DNA of 64,000 bases, taken from a virus (Duplodnaviria; Heunggongvirae; Uroviricota; Caudoviricetes). The notes under the pieces were generated by a model. The model had not been told where the DNA came from. It did no database searches and saw nothing but the letters and a program-made list of their open reading frames with translations. Shown here one piece after another: positions 48,894 to 58,793 of this stretch; position 1 is the stretch's first letter; every line of letters starts with the position of its first letter. A program made the position numbers and the translations under genes. The DNA is taken from the IMG/VR virus record IMGVR_UViG_2541047857_000014, one strand, 5' to 3'.

Positions 48894-49366
48894 ACCTGAA
48901 TCTCTTTGACCGTTCCGCCGGCTTCTTTGAATTTTGCAATCAGGCTGTCAGCCTTATGCTCAAACTGACCATAACCAGCTCCCGGCAGTGAAGCCCAGAT
49001 ATTGCTGCAACGGTCGATAGCCTGACGAATATCACCGCGATCAATCATCGGTAAAGCACCACGCTCTTTAATCTGCTGCAGTGCAACAGCATCCTGGCTT
49101 TTTGGAGAGAAGTCTTTCAGTCCAAGCTGTTTACGGTATGCATCCCACCAGCGGGAAAGAAGCTGGTAGCGCCCGGCAGCCGTTGATTTGAGTTTTGGGT
49201 TTAGCGTGACAAGTCTGCGAGGGTGATCGGAGTAATCAGTGAATATTTCTCCGCCCACAATGACGTCATAACCATGATTACGTGTCGGTTGTAGCCCATT
49301 ATCCGTTCCTTCTGACCAGGCCACCATATCGAGGAAAGCTTTACGCTGAGGATTAAGATTTTGCAT
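48890..49366 (-). CDS. endolysin, lambda R-like lytic transglycosylase
   Basis: [20 protein letters not shown]...[13 protein letters not shown]...[20 protein letters not shown] is near-identical to lambda R as I recall it. Confidence 0.85.
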   Translation of the reverse strand: MQNLNPQRKAFLDMVAWSEGTDNGLQPTRNHGYDVIVGGEIFTDYSDHPRRLVTLNPKLKSTAAGRYQLLSRWWDAYRKQLGLKDFSPKSQDAVALQQIKERGALPMIDRGDIRQAIDRCSNIWASLPGAGYGQFEHKADSLIAKFKEAGGTVKEIQV

Positions 49367-49757
49367 TTTTCACCCCTGTCAGTCGTTCCCAGAAGTACGT
49401 CAGTGCAACCGAACCCATCGCACCACTAATCCCCGCAGTTGCGAGAATCATGTAAATACTGAATCCACTTTCGATACTGATTAGGCCACCAATAACACCG
49501 GTGAATCCTGATACAACTATCTGAGCGAGGGCATTTATCCAGCTCCACGTTGCTTTACTCTGCTTCACATCAATCAGGTAACGGACAAGCCCCCCCCAAC
49601 CTGCGATGATCAGCAAAACAAGCCAGAACGCTCCGGCAAGATTCTCTTTTTCGTGCATATGAATAGCCGCAGTTTCGCCTCCGACAGAAAATCGGAGCGT
49701 GAAATGATATGTTGATTTATTATTAATTCGAAAATTACATTCTAATTCATCAGGCAT
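49353..49757 (-). CDS. putative holin
   Basis: ORF with three hydrophobic segments immediately upstream of endolysin; likely true start at internal ATG about 49658. Confidence 0.55.
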   Translation of the reverse strand: MPDELECNFRINNKSTYHFTLRFSVGGETAAIHMHEKENLAGAFWLVLLIIAGWGGLVRYLIDVKQSKATWSWINALAQIVVSGFTGVIGGLISIESGFSIYMILATAGISGAMGSVALTYFWERLTGVKNAKS

Positions 49758-49809
49758 TGATGATTTTATAATAATAAAGGCCGTTCGTTACGGCCTTTAT
49801 TATTGATAT

Positions 49810-50145
49810 TTATTTTACATCCCAAGGTAGTTCCTCAAGAGAGAAGACTAATTCATTATCAATAATTTCGTATTCTGCATAACCTTCAACCTCTCCTGAG
49901 AAGTTATTGTCAACGCATCCTTCATAATAGCTATATGGTGCTATAAAGTGAAACCCATATTCATCTATCTCTGTGATTTCAAAATTGTAGTAATCGTAAG
50001 AATATCGAATATCATCATCAGAAATAGAACTAAGTACATAGTTATTAAATTTATCGGAATGCTTAACGATAAGTTCTGACAACGCGTCAAGATTCTCTGG
50101 AGAGATATTTCCTAACGGTAATCTGTACTCAACGGCATTAATCAT
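49810..50145 (-). CDS. hypothetical acidic protein, AT-rich cargo gene between Q and lysis genes
   Basis: 111-aa ORF, highly acidic C-terminus, AT-rich, followed by hairpin about 49779-49800. Confidence 0.5.
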   Translation of the reverse strand: MINAVEYRLPLGNISPENLDALSELIVKHSDKFNNYVLSSISDDDIRYSYDYYNFEITEIDEYGFHFIAPYSYYEGCVDNNFSGEVEGYAEYEIIDNELVFSLEELPWDVK

Positions 50146-50194
50146 ACAACCTCCTTTTTAACTGATATGAGGTTATATAATGTGTTTCAGTACA

Positions 50195-50226
50195 AGTAAA
50201 TAAAAACCCGCTCAACAGCGGGTTCG
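50195..50226 (-). terminator. putative late terminator (tR-prime-like) downstream of Q
   Basis: On the minus strand: aacccgctgttgagcgggtt stem-loop followed by TTTTATTTA. Confidence 0.4.
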
Positions 50227-50330
50227 TGAAAATTATCAACGGCAGACATACAAAGCCCATCGTTGAGAAAATCTTATCCATATTTTTTGAAAAATGCAAG
50301 CTTCATGTCACTATCTTCGGCGAAAATCAC

Positions 50331-51083
50331 TTATCTCGTCACCTTTCTCAATTGTGTTTCAGCATATGCTTCTTCCTGCCAGCACTTTGTTACTAGTTTA
50401 TCAATTACGTCTGCATATCCTTTGTACCACTGATAATCAGTCAGGTCTGGAACCAGCTTCTGGACATGACGTCGTGCCAGTGTAGTCGGTAAACGGCTAA
50501 ACCGGTTTCCATTGCAACGCCCACAAGTCTTATAAACAGGCGTGCCATGAAGCCGGGTTCTTTTTTCATCCAGGACAATACCTTTACCCTTACACCCTCT
50601 GCACGCCGTGCTGACTTCTCCCTTGCCATGACAATGCTGACACAGTTCCTTCACCCACTCTTCTTTGATAACGGATTCCCCGCTTCTGGAATGTTTCACC
50701 ACTTCGCGCAATACATTATGAAATCCAGTACCAGTACAATGCTCACAGCGAGCCTTACTTGCCGCAGACCTGGAATAATCAGCAAAGGCAAAATTCACAA
50801 GGTAAGGGATGATCTGTAACCGGGTTTCTTCACTCAATTTGTTCAATGTCGGGTTATCCAGTGCCATCGCGTAATTGAGCAGGCCTTCAATCGCAAACTG
50901 AGGATCCTGAACACCAACTTTTGCCAGGAATAAGGCAAACCCAAGCGGTGCTTTCGACTGCACCATCCCCTGCGCAGCCATTACATCCGTAATTGTTAAA
51001 CCACCCGAGCCTGTCGCCGATGCGTCATCGCTCAATTTTGGAGATTTTGGGGAGTAATATTTCGGTAAGGCTTCAAGGTTCAT
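50331..51083 (-). CDS. late antitermination protein Q
   Basis: Cys-rich CEHCTGTG...CQHCHGKG...CRGCKGKG zinc-binding pattern and position upstream of lysis genes; start MNLEALPKYY. Confidence 0.7.
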   Translation of the reverse strand: MNLEALPKYYSPKSPKLSDDASATGSGGLTITDVMAAQGMVQSKAPLGFALFLAKVGVQDPQFAIEGLLNYAMALDNPTLNKLSEETRLQIIPYLVNFAFADYSRSAASKARCEHCTGTGFHNVLREVVKHSRSGESVIKEEWVKELCQHCHGKGEVSTACRGCKGKGIVLDEKRTRLHGTPVYKTCGRCNGNRFSRLPTTLARRHVQKLVPDLTDYQWYKGYADVIDKLVTKCWQEEAYAETQLRKVTR

Positions 51084-51096
51084 GCTCGTTCTCCAC

Positions 51097-52092
51097 TTAC
51101 ACCAGTACGCCAATTGCCAGCGCACGATCGATAAAACGAAATATCAGCTCCAGCTGGGAGCCATACATCTCTTCAAATGCCACGGTATCCGCATGCAGCT
51201 CGTCGTGATGCTTTCTGCACAAAGGCAACACAAAAAGGTCATGCGCTTTTGTACCCATTCCACCCTGTCCGTGGCCTATCAGGTGGTGGGGATCATCAGC
51301 GGGCTTTCCACAACATGCACACGACTGTGTCTTAACCCAGCGCGTGTACTTTTCATTAACCCAGCGGCGACGTTTTGGGCGTAACATAAAAGACTCCGGC
51401 GACTCCGGATCCACTTTCAGCGCCAGCACCTTTTTCGCTTTATCCTGGATGATGCTGGTGGCAGGAACCGAAGGCACAAGGTCACTTTCCCGGGTGACAG
51501 ACGGCACAACAGGCTTCGGTAATCTCAGTGCCTTACGGGCTGCACTTTCCGGTAAGGCATCCGCCAGATCATTACGAACCAGCCACCAGCACAGTTCCGG
51601 CATTGTCACAACGTGACTGTCATCAAAACCGAGATCCCGACGCACAACAGACAACACCCAGCGGGCACAGTTATCCGTTGCCATTGATTCCAGCCGTTCC
51701 GTGAACTGATCGCGAAGCAGGTTATCGCAGTGCCAGCACAGACGGATTGCGCCCGGCGCGTGTCGCATTGTGGTCATGTTCTCGCTGTGCCATCCGGAAT
51801 GAGGCCACTGACAGCCCTTTTCACGAAGTAACCAGCTTTCAAGACATTCCACACCCCCCGCACGACGAATAACTGCCTCATTGCGGAACACGGCCCGAAT
51901 GGCAGGATCATCCGCCAGCGGTTGTGATGCCGCCGGAACGGCACCACTGGCAAAAGATGAATAACGTTCCGGCTCAGGCTCCAGCAGGACACGCCCCTGC
52001 ATAAACAGGGGCATCAGCTCTGAACCGGGCCTGAACAATACGATCCCCATACGCGGGGCAATTTCAGGGGTCAGTAGTGCTCTCACGGTCAC
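51097..52092 (-). CDS. DUF968-like phage protein
   Basis: 331-aa ORF with C-terminal CACCGKPADDPHHLIGHGQGGMGTKAHDLFVLPLCRKHHDELH motif, in nin-like region. Confidence 0.5.
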   Translation of the reverse strand: MTVRALLTPEIAPRMGIVLFRPGSELMPLFMQGRVLLEPEPERYSSFASGAVPAASQPLADDPAIRAVFRNEAVIRRAGGVECLESWLLREKGCQWPHSGWHSENMTTMRHAPGAIRLCWHCDNLLRDQFTERLESMATDNCARWVLSVVRRDLGFDDSHVVTMPELCWWLVRNDLADALPESAARKALRLPKPVVPSVTRESDLVPSVPATSIIQDKAKKVLALKVDPESPESFMLRPKRRRWVNEKYTRWVKTQSCACCGKPADDPHHLIGHGQGGMGTKAHDLFVLPLCRKHHDELHADTVAFEEMYGSQLELIFRFIDRALAIGVLV

Positions 52093-52093
52093 C

Positions 52094-52891
52094 TCAATGA
52101 ACGGTATCGAGCAGCTTTAACAGCTCAGGGAATCGGGATTCGAAGAAATGCGGCTGCGTCTCGCGCGGATTTGCAGGACTGGTGATGTTCTTGCCGAACA
52201 TGCAGCCTTTCGCCGTCAGCGACCAGAATTTTTTGATGTTGTTAATCGCTGTACGGCTGTATCGTTCGCGCTGTTCGACGATCCCCAGCTTCGCCATCTG
52301 GTGATATGCCTGATTAGCCGTAAGGCGGATACCATACTGTTTCAGCAGTGCACTCAGCGACAGTGTCGGGCGACTTGAGCCATCAGGCGCGTCAGCAGGA
52401 GCATCAATGGCATAGCGCGGTGCCAGATTCGGTAAGCCAACAGCCTCCTGAAGCTTCTGACAGGCTCCAAGCACTGATGAGTTAGACAGGTTTAATTCCC
52501 GGCGCATAAAGTCCAGCAGGATCACGCCAGCCTGCATCTTGTCAGCAGCCTGCCCGGATAATTTTTCCGGTGTGCTGGTTACCATATCGAAAGTACGGAT
52601 CACCTTCAGATGGAATGACGGGCTTATCCACATTGCATAGGCATACACCAGTTCTTTGCAGACATACGTCCCCTGGTTATTTCCGCCACGAATAACGTTA
52701 ACTGGCTCTATATTGACCGAGTTGCAAATCTGCAACTCGCTTATTAAACGTTCAGTTTGCTCATTGCGGAGCCAGAATGCAGGCTTATGCTTATCCAGAG
52801 AACCGGCAGCCCTGTGCAGATCGTTCAGGCTGTAACGCCCATAAGCATCACGACGAACTTCAATACCATCAATAACCATCAGATTATTCAT
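52094..52891 (-). CDS. KilA-N domain protein
   Basis: N-terminus MVIDGIEVRRDAYGRYSLNDLHRAAGSLDKHKPAFWLR typical of KilA-N. Confidence 0.65.
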   Translation of the reverse strand: MNNLMVIDGIEVRRDAYGRYSLNDLHRAAGSLDKHKPAFWLRNEQTERLISELQICNSVNIEPVNVIRGGNNQGTYVCKELVYAYAMWISPSFHLKVIRTFDMVTSTPEKLSGQAADKMQAGVILLDFMRRELNLSNSSVLGACQKLQEAVGLPNLAPRYAIDAPADAPDGSSRPTLSLSALLKQYGIRLTANQAYHQMAKLGIVEQRERYSRTAINNIKKFWSLTAKGCMFGKNITSPANPRETQPHFFESRFPELLKLLDTVH

Positions 52892-52910
52892 ACTTCGTTT
52901 CTCCTCTTAA

Positions 52911-53300
52911 TCAGGCAGCTGCACCCGCCGTTTTCTCGTACTTACTGATAGTGATCTCGACCTTCCCTTCCGGGATAACCGGTCCCCACTCCACCAGCAT
53001 TCTTTTCACCTGACTGTCGTCTTCCCACACACCCGCGTGGGTCAGGGCGTCAAACAGCGCCTTGTTATAGTTGTCCAGATCGCGGATCCGGTTATCCGGA
53101 GGAAACAACACGATCTCCACTGAAGCAGGTGCCGACGTTGGTTTTGGCAGACGACGTAACTGCTCAACTATTGCTGCACACGCCGCGCTCTGGAATTTGC
53201 GCCCCGCCGCGCTTATCAGGCTCTTACCAGCAAACGCCCCTTTGTTGGGGTGTCGCCAGTACGTGTTCACGCTGGGCGGAAACGGCAGAATCAGCTTCAT
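52911..53300 (-). CDS. rusA: Holliday junction resolvase RusA
   Basis: 129-aa ORF MKLILPFPPSVNTYWRHP...DLDNYNKALFDALTHAGVWEDDSQV matching RusA. Confidence 0.85.
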   Translation of the reverse strand: MKLILPFPPSVNTYWRHPNKGAFAGKSLISAAGRKFQSAACAAIVEQLRRLPKPTSAPASVEIVLFPPDNRIRDLDNYNKALFDALTHAGVWEDDSQVKRMLVEWGPVIPEGKVEITISKYEKTAGAAA

Positions 53301-53623
53301 ACTTTCAGGCCCCTCTCATGTAACCAGTGGGCTGCACGCAGCCTGGCGTTTTCCTTACCGGCAAGCAGTGAGCGGATAATCCCGACCGCCTCGCTGTCGT
53401 CGTCCTTCACCGCGGTATGAAGAGTGATACCCCGGGCCACGCCACGCTTTATCGTGATGACGCCTTTTTTCTCCAGTGCTCGAAGATGCTCCACCGCTGC
53501 ATTCACTGAACGGTATCCCAGCATGGTTGCCACCTCCTGATTGGTTGGCGGGAAGCCACGTTCTTTCTGATAAGAAATCAGCATATCCAGCACCTGCTGC
53601 TGGCATTGAGTTAACGTCGTCAT
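53297..53623 (-). CDS. LexA-type winged-helix DNA-binding protein
   Basis: LTQCQQQVLDMLISYQKERGFPPTNQEVATMLGYRSVNAAVEHLRALEKKG resembles the LexA N-terminal domain. Confidence 0.5.
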   Translation of the reverse strand: MTTLTQCQQQVLDMLISYQKERGFPPTNQEVATMLGYRSVNAAVEHLRALEKKGVITIKRGVARGITLHTAVKDDDSEAVGIIRSLLAGKENARLRAAHWLHERGLKV

Positions 53624-54306
53624 GCCGCCATCTCCCTGAGCAGTTTTTCCGCCTGCTGGCGAACCTGCGCCAGAAACGCCTCACCACATGCCTCAAGTTC
53701 ATCGCGCCCGATGTAGCTGATTGCCGGTCCCTTCCAGGTCTTGTCAAAAACAGCAATAGCACCAGCGAAGAAAGCTCCTGTCGGCACCTGCTTCTCGTCT
53801 TTCGGGATAAACCAGACAGGCAGTTCAAAACCAATACGCCCGCGAATAAAAGCAATATGATCTGCATCTTCCGGCCACCACACTTCGCTGGTGGCAGCTT
53901 TGATCAGGAAAACATAGCGCCCGCCTTTATCACGCATGGCACTGGCATGCTTCATGATGTAACGCATGCCGGTGATGTATTGCCCCTCATGCTGACTGGC
54001 GCGGCTGTATGGGGGATTACCAAAGGCAGCACCTTTAAGCTCCGCAAGACGTTCTGACCAGTCATGCGCCAGCGCATTGTCTTCCGCCGTGTAATACGCG
54101 GCACATTTGGCGTTACCACCGTCGGTGAACAGATCCAGAACAAACGGGCCAAACAGGGTGTTAATTCCCCAGAAAATGTTGTCCGGCGTGCGCCACTGAT
54201 CGCCCACTTCCTTCAGTTCATGGGCTGGTTTGTTCCGCAGCTCCACCAGCGCCTGGCAATATTTATTACTCATTAAGCCCCCACGTAATTCCCTGACAGA
54301 TACCAC
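53620..54306 (-). CDS. phage N6-adenine DNA methyltransferase
   Basis: FGNPPY motif and size typical of phage Dam-type MTases; probable ATG at about 54273. Confidence 0.7.
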   Translation of the reverse strand: MVSVRELRGGLMSNKYCQALVELRNKPAHELKEVGDQWRTPDNIFWGINTLFGPFVLDLFTDGGNAKCAAYYTAEDNALAHDWSERLAELKGAAFGNPPYSRASQHEGQYITGMRYIMKHASAMRDKGGRYVFLIKAATSEVWWPEDADHIAFIRGRIGFELPVWFIPKDEKQVPTGAFFAGAIAVFDKTWKGPAISYIGRDELEACGEAFLAQVRQQAEKLLREMAA

Positions 54307-54767
54307 TCTTCACCCGATGCAGCGCGCTTGCTGCTTTTCCGTAAGCACCGCTCACGACGCGCCAGAAAATTGTTTCGTTCTGGCTGGGAGTGGCTTTCAC
54401 GGAATGCCGCCATCCACACGGTTGCAGCACGACGGTATAAACCCCTGGACTCCAGTTCTTCAGCCTGGCGGGTCAGGCACAAAATCACCCGTGGATCGTT
54501 AGTGCCGACATAGAAATTGCGCACAGGTCTGGTTTCTCGAACTGGTTGTGGTTCCGGTTCCTGCGCTCTCTCAGTCAGGCGCGGGAAATGTCTGCGTGTA
54601 TCTCCTTCACAACGGTGAGCCACACGCCCACTCTGACGTAACTTGCTTGCTGACTGCAGAACGCGCTGTCGTGAGTAACCTGCAAAAGCATCCGCAATGT
54701 CACCGGAAGTACACCCCGGATGGGCTTCAATGAATTTCTGAACGTCATTTAACAGACTCATGATCAC
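54273..54767 (-). CDS. hypothetical early protein
   Basis: 164-aa ORF between O-like gene and MTase. Confidence 0.4.
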   Translation of the reverse strand: MIMSLLNDVQKFIEAHPGCTSGDIADAFAGYSRQRVLQSASKLRQSGRVAHRCEGDTRRHFPRLTERAQEPEPQPVRETRPVRNFYVGTNDPRVILCLTRQAEELESRGLYRRAATVWMAAFRESHSQPERNNFLARRERCLRKSSKRAASGEEWYLSGNYVGA

Positions 54768-55705
54768 CCCCTGAATCCTGCCGGGATCTGGCTGTAGTCC
54801 ACGTTGTCGTAACTGGCTTTGAAGTACGGGTCCTCGCGTTTTTCGGTGTACGTACTTACGGACGGCGATAAGCGCAGGGAAAGCTCATCCCATTTTTCCC
54901 GCAGCTTCGACGGGCTGAGCACGTTACGGCACCAGAACGGATCGCGGCTGACGCGGCTGTACATCTCGCAGATTTGTTTGTGAGTACGACCATCCTGCAC
55001 ACACATCAGGCGAATTTCGTTTGCCCAGGCTGTCCAGTTCGGTTCTTTGGGACGAACCACCTCGCCGTCACATTCGGCAGCCTGCTCGTACAGGGCGATG
55101 ATTTTTTTCCAGAGCCACTGTGCGCAGGTCAAATCATCCTGCGTTCCCCACTGGCGCTTTTTAGGGCTGAATACAACAGCATCAGGATGGCGAGTTAAAA
55201 ACTCCTGTTCAGCCGTCTGCGTGTCCGGTTGCGAAGCGTCCGGACGAGAAGTTTTTTTATCTGACGGATCATGTTTTGATTTTACTGACGGATCCCCGCC
55301 AGATTCTGACGGGTGAAAACCCGCTTTTTTGCCAGATTTCGACGCATCAAATTTTGACGGGGCAGATTTTGATGCGTCAGATTTTGACGGGTCAGAATCT
55401 GACAGTTGAGAAAATGCCGCTGCCTGAAGCTTCGCAACGTTAAGCTGATAAACATTCGACGCATTGCGGTTACCCTGGCGACGCGCCTTACGCGTTAACC
55501 AGCCTTCTGCTTCCAGCCGTGCGATAGCCGTTCTGACGGTACTCATCCCCGCGCCAATCTGGCGGGCAATGGTTTCAATTGATGGCCAGCACACACCTTC
55601 GTCATTACTGAAATCAGCCAGGCGGGCCATAATTGCCACGCTGGATAACTTCATGCCTGACGCAGCGCAACCATCCCATACATAGCCGGTTAATTTAGTG
55701 CTCAT
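54764..55705 (-). CDS. replication initiator, O-like (N-terminal HTH, internal iteron-encoded repeats)
   Basis: N-terminal HTH-like region; central low-complexity DPSKSDASKS repeats encoded by the iterons. Confidence 0.6.
   Translation of the reverse strand: MSTKLTGYVWDGCAASGMKLSSVAIMARLADFSNDEGVCWPSIETIARQIGAGMSTVRTAIARLEAEGWLTRKARRQGNRNASNVYQLNVAKLQAAAFSQLSDSDPSKSDASKSAPSKFDASKSGKKAGFHPSESGGDPSVKSKHDPSDKKTSRPDASQPDTQTAEQEFLTRHPDAVVFSPKKRQWGTQDDLTCAQWLWKKIIALYEQAAECDGEVVRPKEPNWTAWANEIRLMCVQDGRTHKQICEMYSRVSRDPFWCRNVLSPSKLREKWDELSLRLSPSVSTYTEKREDPYFKASYDNVDYSQIPAGFRG
55255..55405. repeat. iteron array (putative origin of replication) inside the O-like gene
   Basis: About eight copies of a-TT-TGACGG-like 10-mer spaced 15-24 bp apart. 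Confidence 0.55.
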
Positions 55706-55714
55706 GACCGACCT

Positions 55715-56053
55715 CTATTTCCCTGAATTTACGACGAAACTGTTCGAGCGGACTGAAGCATTCATGCTCATAGCCTTCGCGGAGGTAGATAACCCGTTGT
55801 GTTTCCGGTTCCCAACGAATGACTCTGACGGGCACTCCGTAGTGATCTTTGAACCAGCGGTTAACTTGTCGCAAAGGACTGTCTCCTTCTGCCGGTTGAA
55901 ATCACCCACAGCCCACTCAGCAAAGCTGTGGGTTACAATTTCCCTGTCACCTGGTACATTTACTGCATAGCAATACTCCACCTTCGCTTTTCCACCCGGT
56001 ACAGGAAGCGCAATCAGTTGCGAGCGACGGTAGTGTGTTGTTAAACTGTTCAT
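55715..56053 (-). CDS. hypothetical early protein
   Basis: 112-aa ORF whose ATG overlaps the upstream stop (ATGA); fills the gap before the O-like gene. Confidence 0.4.
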   Translation of the reverse strand: MNSLTTHYRRSQLIALPVPGGKAKVEYCYAVNVPGDREIVTHSFAEWAVGDFNRQKETVLCDKLTAGSKITTECPSESFVGNRKHNGLSTSAKAMSMNASVRSNSFVVNSGK

Positions 56054-56613
56054 GCGTTAGTTTCTCCACAGTCACGACACGCCACGGCGCCCGGAGCTGC
56101 ACACTCGCGGGCGTCACTACTTTCTGAAACGCAAAAGATTTTGTAGACCAGTGCTGCATGCTCCTGCAGCTTCGAAATTGAGAGGTACAGCTCATCGTTA
56201 ATTGCTGTCTTCTCATGCGGTTCCACTACACCGTCTTCAATTGCTGAACGAATCTGTTTTGAATAACTGCCGATCTGTTCAATGACCTCCAGCAGGCGTT
56301 GGTTGATATCGGCGTTGTCCACATCCTCGACGTCAGGAAGAGACACAAAGACGCCATTTGCAGACTGCGCCACAGCATCAGCAATGAAGTGAGTGCCACC
56401 AGCACGCTGTAAAACCATTGCCCATCCCAGCGGGAAAATCTGATCGCCATCTGCACGAAGGCGGTTGAATAAAGCGTTTTCTGTTACATCGAGCCAGTCA
56501 GCCGCTTCAGCGTAACCACCCGGCAACGCCGCGATCGTTTTTCTGACAGCTTTCACGTACCACTCAGGCTGTTTTTCTATTTTCCAGTGATGCTTACCCA
56601 CGATTAGCCTCAT
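56050..56613 (-). CDS. hypothetical early regulatory protein (CII position)
   Basis: 187-aa ORF immediately downstream of cro-like gene. Confidence 0.35.
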   Translation of the reverse strand: MRLIVGKHHWKIEKQPEWYVKAVRKTIAALPGGYAEAADWLDVTENALFNRLRADGDQIFPLGWAMVLQRAGGTHFIADAVAQSANGVFVSLPDVEDVDNADINQRLLEVIEQIGSYSKQIRSAIEDGVVEPHEKTAINDELYLSISKLQEHAALVYKIFCVSESSDARECAAPGAVACRDCGETNA

Positions 56614-56644
56614 CGTTCTGTGGTTAAAAATTGAAAGTGTTCTG

Positions 56645-56845
56645 CTAATCTTTCGGATAGATATCCGGTCTTAAGTCAGATTTCGTAATTGCACCTGACG
56701 TGCATTGCTCAAGTTTTTTAGCCAGCACAAAACTGGCTTTTTTATAGCCATTGAAAACCAGCCGTAAGTAGCCAGGTGTTGAGCCAACTTTTCCGGCCAA
56801 CTCGCCCTGCTGTTCTTTGGTTAAAGAGTCCCAATACGCTTTCAT
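56645..56845 (-). CDS. Cro-like HTH regulator
   Basis: 66-aa ORF divergent from cI, 90 bp away; MKAYWDSLTKEQQGELAGKVGSTPGYLRLVFNG HTH-like. Confidence 0.5.
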   Translation of the reverse strand: MKAYWDSLTKEQQGELAGKVGSTPGYLRLVFNGYKKASFVLAKKLEQCTSGAITKSDLRPDIYPKD

Positions 56846-56935
56846 ACAATGTGTACCTCCGGTGTACATATTACATGATTGAAATGAACCTTCAAGATAC
56901 TTGTACCTTAACGGTACAAGGGTTTTAATTTCGTT
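56846..56935. promoter_or_regulatory. cI/cro divergent promoter-operator region
   Basis: Palindrome cttgtacc-ttaac-ggtacaag and a second GTAC-containing half-site pair between the divergent genes. Confidence 0.55.
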
Positions 56936-57610
56936 ATGAAAACAATCCATGACATCCGGCGGTCTAACGCCAGAAAACTGAGAGATGGTGTTGGCGGGAA
57001 TTCTTCCTTTGCCACTATGATTGATCGCGAGCCAACCCAGACCAGCAGGTTTATGGGAGATGGTGCTACTAAAAATATCGGTGACAGCATGGCACGACAC
57101 ATCGAAAAATGTTTCGACCTGCCTGTCGGATGGCTCGATCAAGAACACCAGACAACGAACATCACAAAAAAACCTGATGTTTCAATCACTAATAAACAAA
57201 TCACATTAGTCCCTGTCATATCATGGGTACAGGCCGGAGCATGGAAAGAAGTTGGATATTCTGAGGTTGATTTGAGCACAGCAGAAACGTATCCCTGCCC
57301 TGTACCCTGTGGGGAAATGACTTATATCTTGCGGGTGATAGGTGATTCAATGATTGATGAGTACCGCCCGGGAGACATGATTTTTGTCGATCCTGAAGTA
57401 CCTGCCTGCCACGGTGACGACGTTATTGCATTGATGCACGATACAGGTGAAACCACCTTCAAAAGGTTGATAGAAGATGGGACACAGCGTTATCTCAAAG
57501 CGTTAAACCCAAACTGGCCTGAGCCTTACATTAAGATCAACGGTAATTGCTCTATAATTGGTACTGTGATTTTCTCAGGAAAACCAAGAAGATACAAAAT
57601 CAAAGCCTAA
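56936..57610 (+). CDS. cI: CI-type repressor (HTH plus S24 LexA-like peptidase domain)
   Basis: C-terminal VIGDSMIDEY...GDMIFVD motif of S24 autopeptidases; N-terminal HTH region. Confidence 0.85.
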   Translation: MKTIHDIRRSNARKLRDGVGGNSSFATMIDREPTQTSRFMGDGATKNIGDSMARHIEKCFDLPVGWLDQEHQTTNITKKPDVSITNKQITLVPVISWVQAGAWKEVGYSEVDLSTAETYPCPVPCGEMTYILRVIGDSMIDEYRPGDMIFVDPEVPACHGDDVIALMHDTGETTFKRLIEDGTQRYLKALNPNWPEPYIKINGNCSIIGTVIFSGKPRRYKIKA

Positions 57611-57812
57611 TCAATGTTTATGAACCTGCTTCGGCAGGTTTTTTTATACTTGACAATGTACCTTTGGGATACATAATGTACCCAAGAGAAACAACAAACA
57701 GGCAGGACGCCCACGAAGTAGCCGCCTGGGGCATATGAAGTCCAGGATGATTCGTTAGCAACAAAAAAGCGCCCTATAGGACGCTTCGCTCTTTAACAAT
57801 CTGGATGACTTA

Positions 57813-58325
57813 TTACTCAGATTTGAACTTTGGTTCTGGCAAAAGAGGAGGAGTTGAGTCCTCGAATCGTAGCCAGTGCTCCCAGATATCGTGGGATTGT
57901 AATTCCAGAAGACCAATTTGACGTGATGCAACTGCAGTGCCAGCTATAGTTCCTCCTGCATAATCAACCTGGACGGACTTTGACGCTTTCTCAATTAATT
58001 CTGTCCAAGCTTCACTTTCCGCGTTAAAAGAAGCAGTTAATTCCTGCAGACGCTGTGGATCATCCTTGTTGTCTTGTTTCAAACGATTCAGGGCGGCCAC
58101 CGAATACTTATTCTTAACCCAACTAACCTGAGCTAACTGAACTCTCTGACAAGCGTCCATATCAGTAGTTGTTTCCTGAGGCATATCAAAGCAGGAAATA
58201 AAAAAAGTCTCAACACCATCATTTAGACTACTGCTCGGCTGGTTCAAAGCATCAGAAGCATTGGATGCTATCGGTATTATCAGTGCTACCGACAGAATCA
58301 AACGTTTAACATAAATCGCTCCCAT
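57813..58325 (-). CDS. secreted protein with signal peptide (possibly LprI/DUF1311-like), cargo gene in immunity region
   Basis: N-terminal signal LILSVALIIPIASNA; 170 aa; opposite orientation to cI and the early-left operon. Confidence 0.45.
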   Translation of the reverse strand: MGAIYVKRLILSVALIIPIASNASDALNQPSSSLNDGVETFFISCFDMPQETTTDMDACQRVQLAQVSWVKNKYSVAALNRLKQDNKDDPQRLQELTASFNAESEAWTELIEKASKSVQVDYAGGTIAGTAVASRQIGLLELQSHDIWEHWLRFEDSTPPLLPEPKFKSE

Positions 58326-58611
58326 TTAATTATCCCCTCTAAGAACAGAGTCATCCAGATTAGCCGAATCCTTGTTGTTGGGGAATAACCAGGCCCACCT
58401 CGCCTGATGTGGCTAAAAGCAGGCACATAACAGCTAAGTATTTTCAACCAGAGAGAATCCTTAGCGTTGTGGTGAATGCGGCTCAGCGCACGCGGGTTAA
58501 GGTTGAGGCTGACAGTCGACCTTCTGTGGATACCCACCCGCCTGGTGTGCAACCTTCGCCAGGCACCGGGAGGCACCCGGCACCACAACTTTATGCTGTG
58601 TGTAGTCCTGG

Positions 58612-58660
58612 CGGTACCAGCTTGTACCCTTGCTTCCGGCTGGTACCGCTCTTTTTACAA
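58612..58660 (+). terminator. rho-independent terminator-like hairpin in early-left leader
   Basis: 9-bp inverted repeat ggtaccagc / gctggtacc with 17-nt loop followed by gctcttttt. Confidence 0.4.
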
Positions 58661-58793
58661 AACAGAGAAGAGCATCACCGGACGACGGGCTCATAACCCA
58701 ATCCACCCGGGCGGCTGCCACCGCAGGTGTTCTTCTCTGTTTTGTGGAGAAACCAACCGACCTTGCAGGGTCGATATGATGAGGAGCAGCAAA

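Noticed and set aside
55282-55464. Small ORFs inside the iteron region, e.g. 55282-55464 and 55047-55316
   Set aside because: Generated by the repetitive iteron sequence within the O-like gene; wrong strand or frame and no RBS.
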